Source: Cetorhinus maximus (taxonomy: Eukaryota). Taken from it: DNA of 64,000 nucleotides. Location: the NCBI RefSeq assembly GCF_964194155.1, contig NC_135901.1:26102001-26166000 (forward strand), given 5' to 3'. Of the stretch, positions 61,882 through 64,000 are shown piece after piece. The position numbers were made by a program, and so were the translations under genes. Under the pieces are notes generated by a model, which was not told the DNA's origin, did not search any database, and saw nothing but the letters and a program-made list of their open reading frames with translations. Each line of letters begins with the position of its first letter. Within the stretch, counting starts at the first letter, position 1.

Positions 61882-62055
61882 GATAAAAGCAAAATACTGC
61901 GGGCACTGGAAATCTGAAACAAAAACGGAAAATGCTGGAAAAGCTAAGCAGGTCTGACAGCATCTGTGGAGAGAGAAACGGAGTTAACGTTTCAAGGGGG
62001 CAAAGGAGAGATTGACAAAGATGTTGTGGACAAAAGGACAAAGGGAGTGTTAATG
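61882..62055 (-). mobile_element. Penelope-like terminal-repeat fragment (hammerhead core deleted)
   Basis: Reverse complement of 49725-49965 with an internal deletion at the ribozyme. Confidence 0.65.
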
Positions 62056-62059
62056 GTCT

Positions 62060-63005
62060 GCCATTATCACATTCTGCTTTCTTACCTTTCTTTCCCTTGA
62101 ATGGATAAAAAAGGCATCTTGTAGGATAATGGCTACCCTAATCAGATTGTTCCTCACTCGATATCGCACAAACTCATGAATGGGCCTAAGGCCACCACTT
62201 TCAGTCCTGAAAAGTGCCTGTCTACCCCAGATTACCCTGGAAGGGTAAGGTGTCTCAAAAATTTGATCAATAGGTGAAGTTAGCTGTTTCATGCTGCTAC
62301 TATGCAGTAGCAATGCGAGTGGTATTTTCCACTAATAGGATCTTACCATCAAGGCAAAAAGACGTCCTGTCCATCACACAAATGATTAATGTGGTGTATG
62401 AATTTCAGTGCCAGTGTGATGCCAGGTTTGTAGGCCATATGCCCCAAAAATTAATGGATCATATCAAACAGAACATTCCTTTGGCTGCTGGCAACAGGCT
62501 AAGTAATGATCATACTCAACCAGCCTATGCTTGCAAAACTCAAAACATAGTGTCCAACATTAAATGTAATTCCATAACTCCACAGCACTTGCTAAACAAT
62601 TCTGATTGTGCTAAAAATTGCACTGACAACTAAGTTAAGGTTATCAGTTGGTCGCGCAGTGTGGCTCACTTACTTGCACTATATTCACACACAGGGCCCT
62701 GTTCTTTGCAAATAGAGCATATCCACGTATTGCACCTTTATCGAGTAAACAGAAGTTCACTCCCCATGGCAATCAGAGTCGACCTTCCTGGTTTGAATTT
62801 AAACAAAATTTTGACAATTAACTGTTCCCTGGTGCATTAACCATGGCAATGCCTCTACCAATCAGAGTCCACCTGCCAACCAATGAGCACTCTCTTCTCA
62901 TGCAGTATAAATTGTTGTTTCCTAGACAGCTGGTATTCTTGCAAATCTGTCCTGATGAGTGCAAGATGAAAAGTTTCAACAGCATGTCTCTTTTATCAGT
63001 AATAC
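62060..63005 (+). mobile_element. Penelope-like element 3' part: decayed GIY-YIG endonuclease plus terminal repeat
   Basis: NVVYEFQCQCDARFVGHMPQKLMDHIKQ (GIY-YIG-like VVY...C.C...F/YVG); hammerhead motif at the 3' end. Confidence 0.8.
62947..62982 (+). ncRNA. Minimal hammerhead ribozyme motif, partly decayed (second Penelope family)
   Basis: ctgtc-CTGATGA-gt-gcaag-at-GAAA-agtt-TC-aacag; core intact, stems carry transition mismatches. Confidence 0.6.
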
Positions 63006-64000
63006 TGAAGGTGGTTGTGGTTGCTGCATGTGAAACATCTCAGCCTCAGGGCATGTTCTGGAGTATTGGGCATTGTGGGTATGACCTCACCATGATTATC
63101 CTGAATAAGGTCATGTCCAATTATGTGACTGTGAATGGCAGCCTGGGATTGGCTGCTTGTGGTGATGATTCAACCAATGGCAGTGGAGAGGGATGGGACC
63201 TCCGCCAGTGAGTTCAGCTGATCAGAGCCCAGGGGGACACTGTGTCAAAGTCTGAAGGAGCTACTGAATGATTTTTACGCAACTCAGAAATATTTCAACA
63301 TTCAAACTGTTTGAAAAAATTCAACCTGCTGGAGTGGCAACATGTTTTAACATTTGTGAGTAAATGTGTCAGATTTTTGGGGATTTTATTCTTAATTTCA
63401 GATATTGAAAGAAATGTGGGAATGAGAACAACTCTTAATGGGACTGATATAGTTTCCATCCGTGACAGTTATAGGGGTCATATTTTCCTTATCTTATATG
63501 TAACATCAGATCTGGTCAAAATCCTGTTCCAATGCCAGAATCCCGGGGGTCAACTGGCCTGGAGACTTGGTGCCGGTTGGAAAGTGAGGTGGGGGGGGCG
63601 GGGGTGGGGGGTGGTGGAAACCAGCGAGTGCAAAGCTGAAGCCAGCCAGAGTCAACTTCAGGGGAGGAGAGAGGGGAACCAGTCAGTCATTGTGAATTTA
63701 ATAGGGAATAAAAAGGGTTTGTGCAGAAATAGCTGGACAATTATTAAAAAATGATTAGAGTCCCAAAAAATCCTCAGGAAATGAGTCAGACTCCACATGA
63801 TAGATAAACATAGAAGAAAGTGTTTACAAAGCTGCTCAGAGAGTTAAAAACCATTGGGATAAACAGGATATATCTGAGCAGAAAAGAGGAAGTTGGCTGT
63901 GGGGCTGCAGCTAGTTTAACACAATCTCAGGAAATAGAGTGATACACAGAGCAGCCTCCCATATAATTGATTGATTGAAATGAAACTAAGTCCATAACAT

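Overview
Eukaryotic, repeat-rich vertebrate DNA. The repeat content (CR1 families, L2, RTE, Tx1, Penelope-like elements, a DeuSINE-like SINE) points to a cartilaginous fish such as a shark; this is an inference. The window is a tandem cluster of C2H2 zinc-finger genes. Three or four have intact finger arrays (2605-4227, 10274-11395, 31946-32983, and 20833-21651 with a frameshifted last finger). One has lost its start codon (47392-48285), and several are pseudogenes or relics (26662-28121, 29600-29865, 52480-53340, 57865-58455). Each has one coding exon behind a conserved splice acceptor, and most lie near a CpG-island promoter with YY1/NRF1/CCAAT/GC-box motifs. No KRAB, SCAN or BTB effector domain is visible. 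Paralogues differ mostly at DNA-contacting helix positions, consistent with a KRAB-less birth-and-death ZNF system among young retrotransposons. Other notable items: Penelope-type minimal hammerhead ribozyme motifs (one with an intact core at 59483-59521), two successive Tx1-like insertions at one target site, an RTE with a twin-priming-type 5' inversion, an internally deleted CR1, a hAT-like MITE with an 8-bp TSD, and several minisatellites. Repeat boundaries were read by eye and are approximate.
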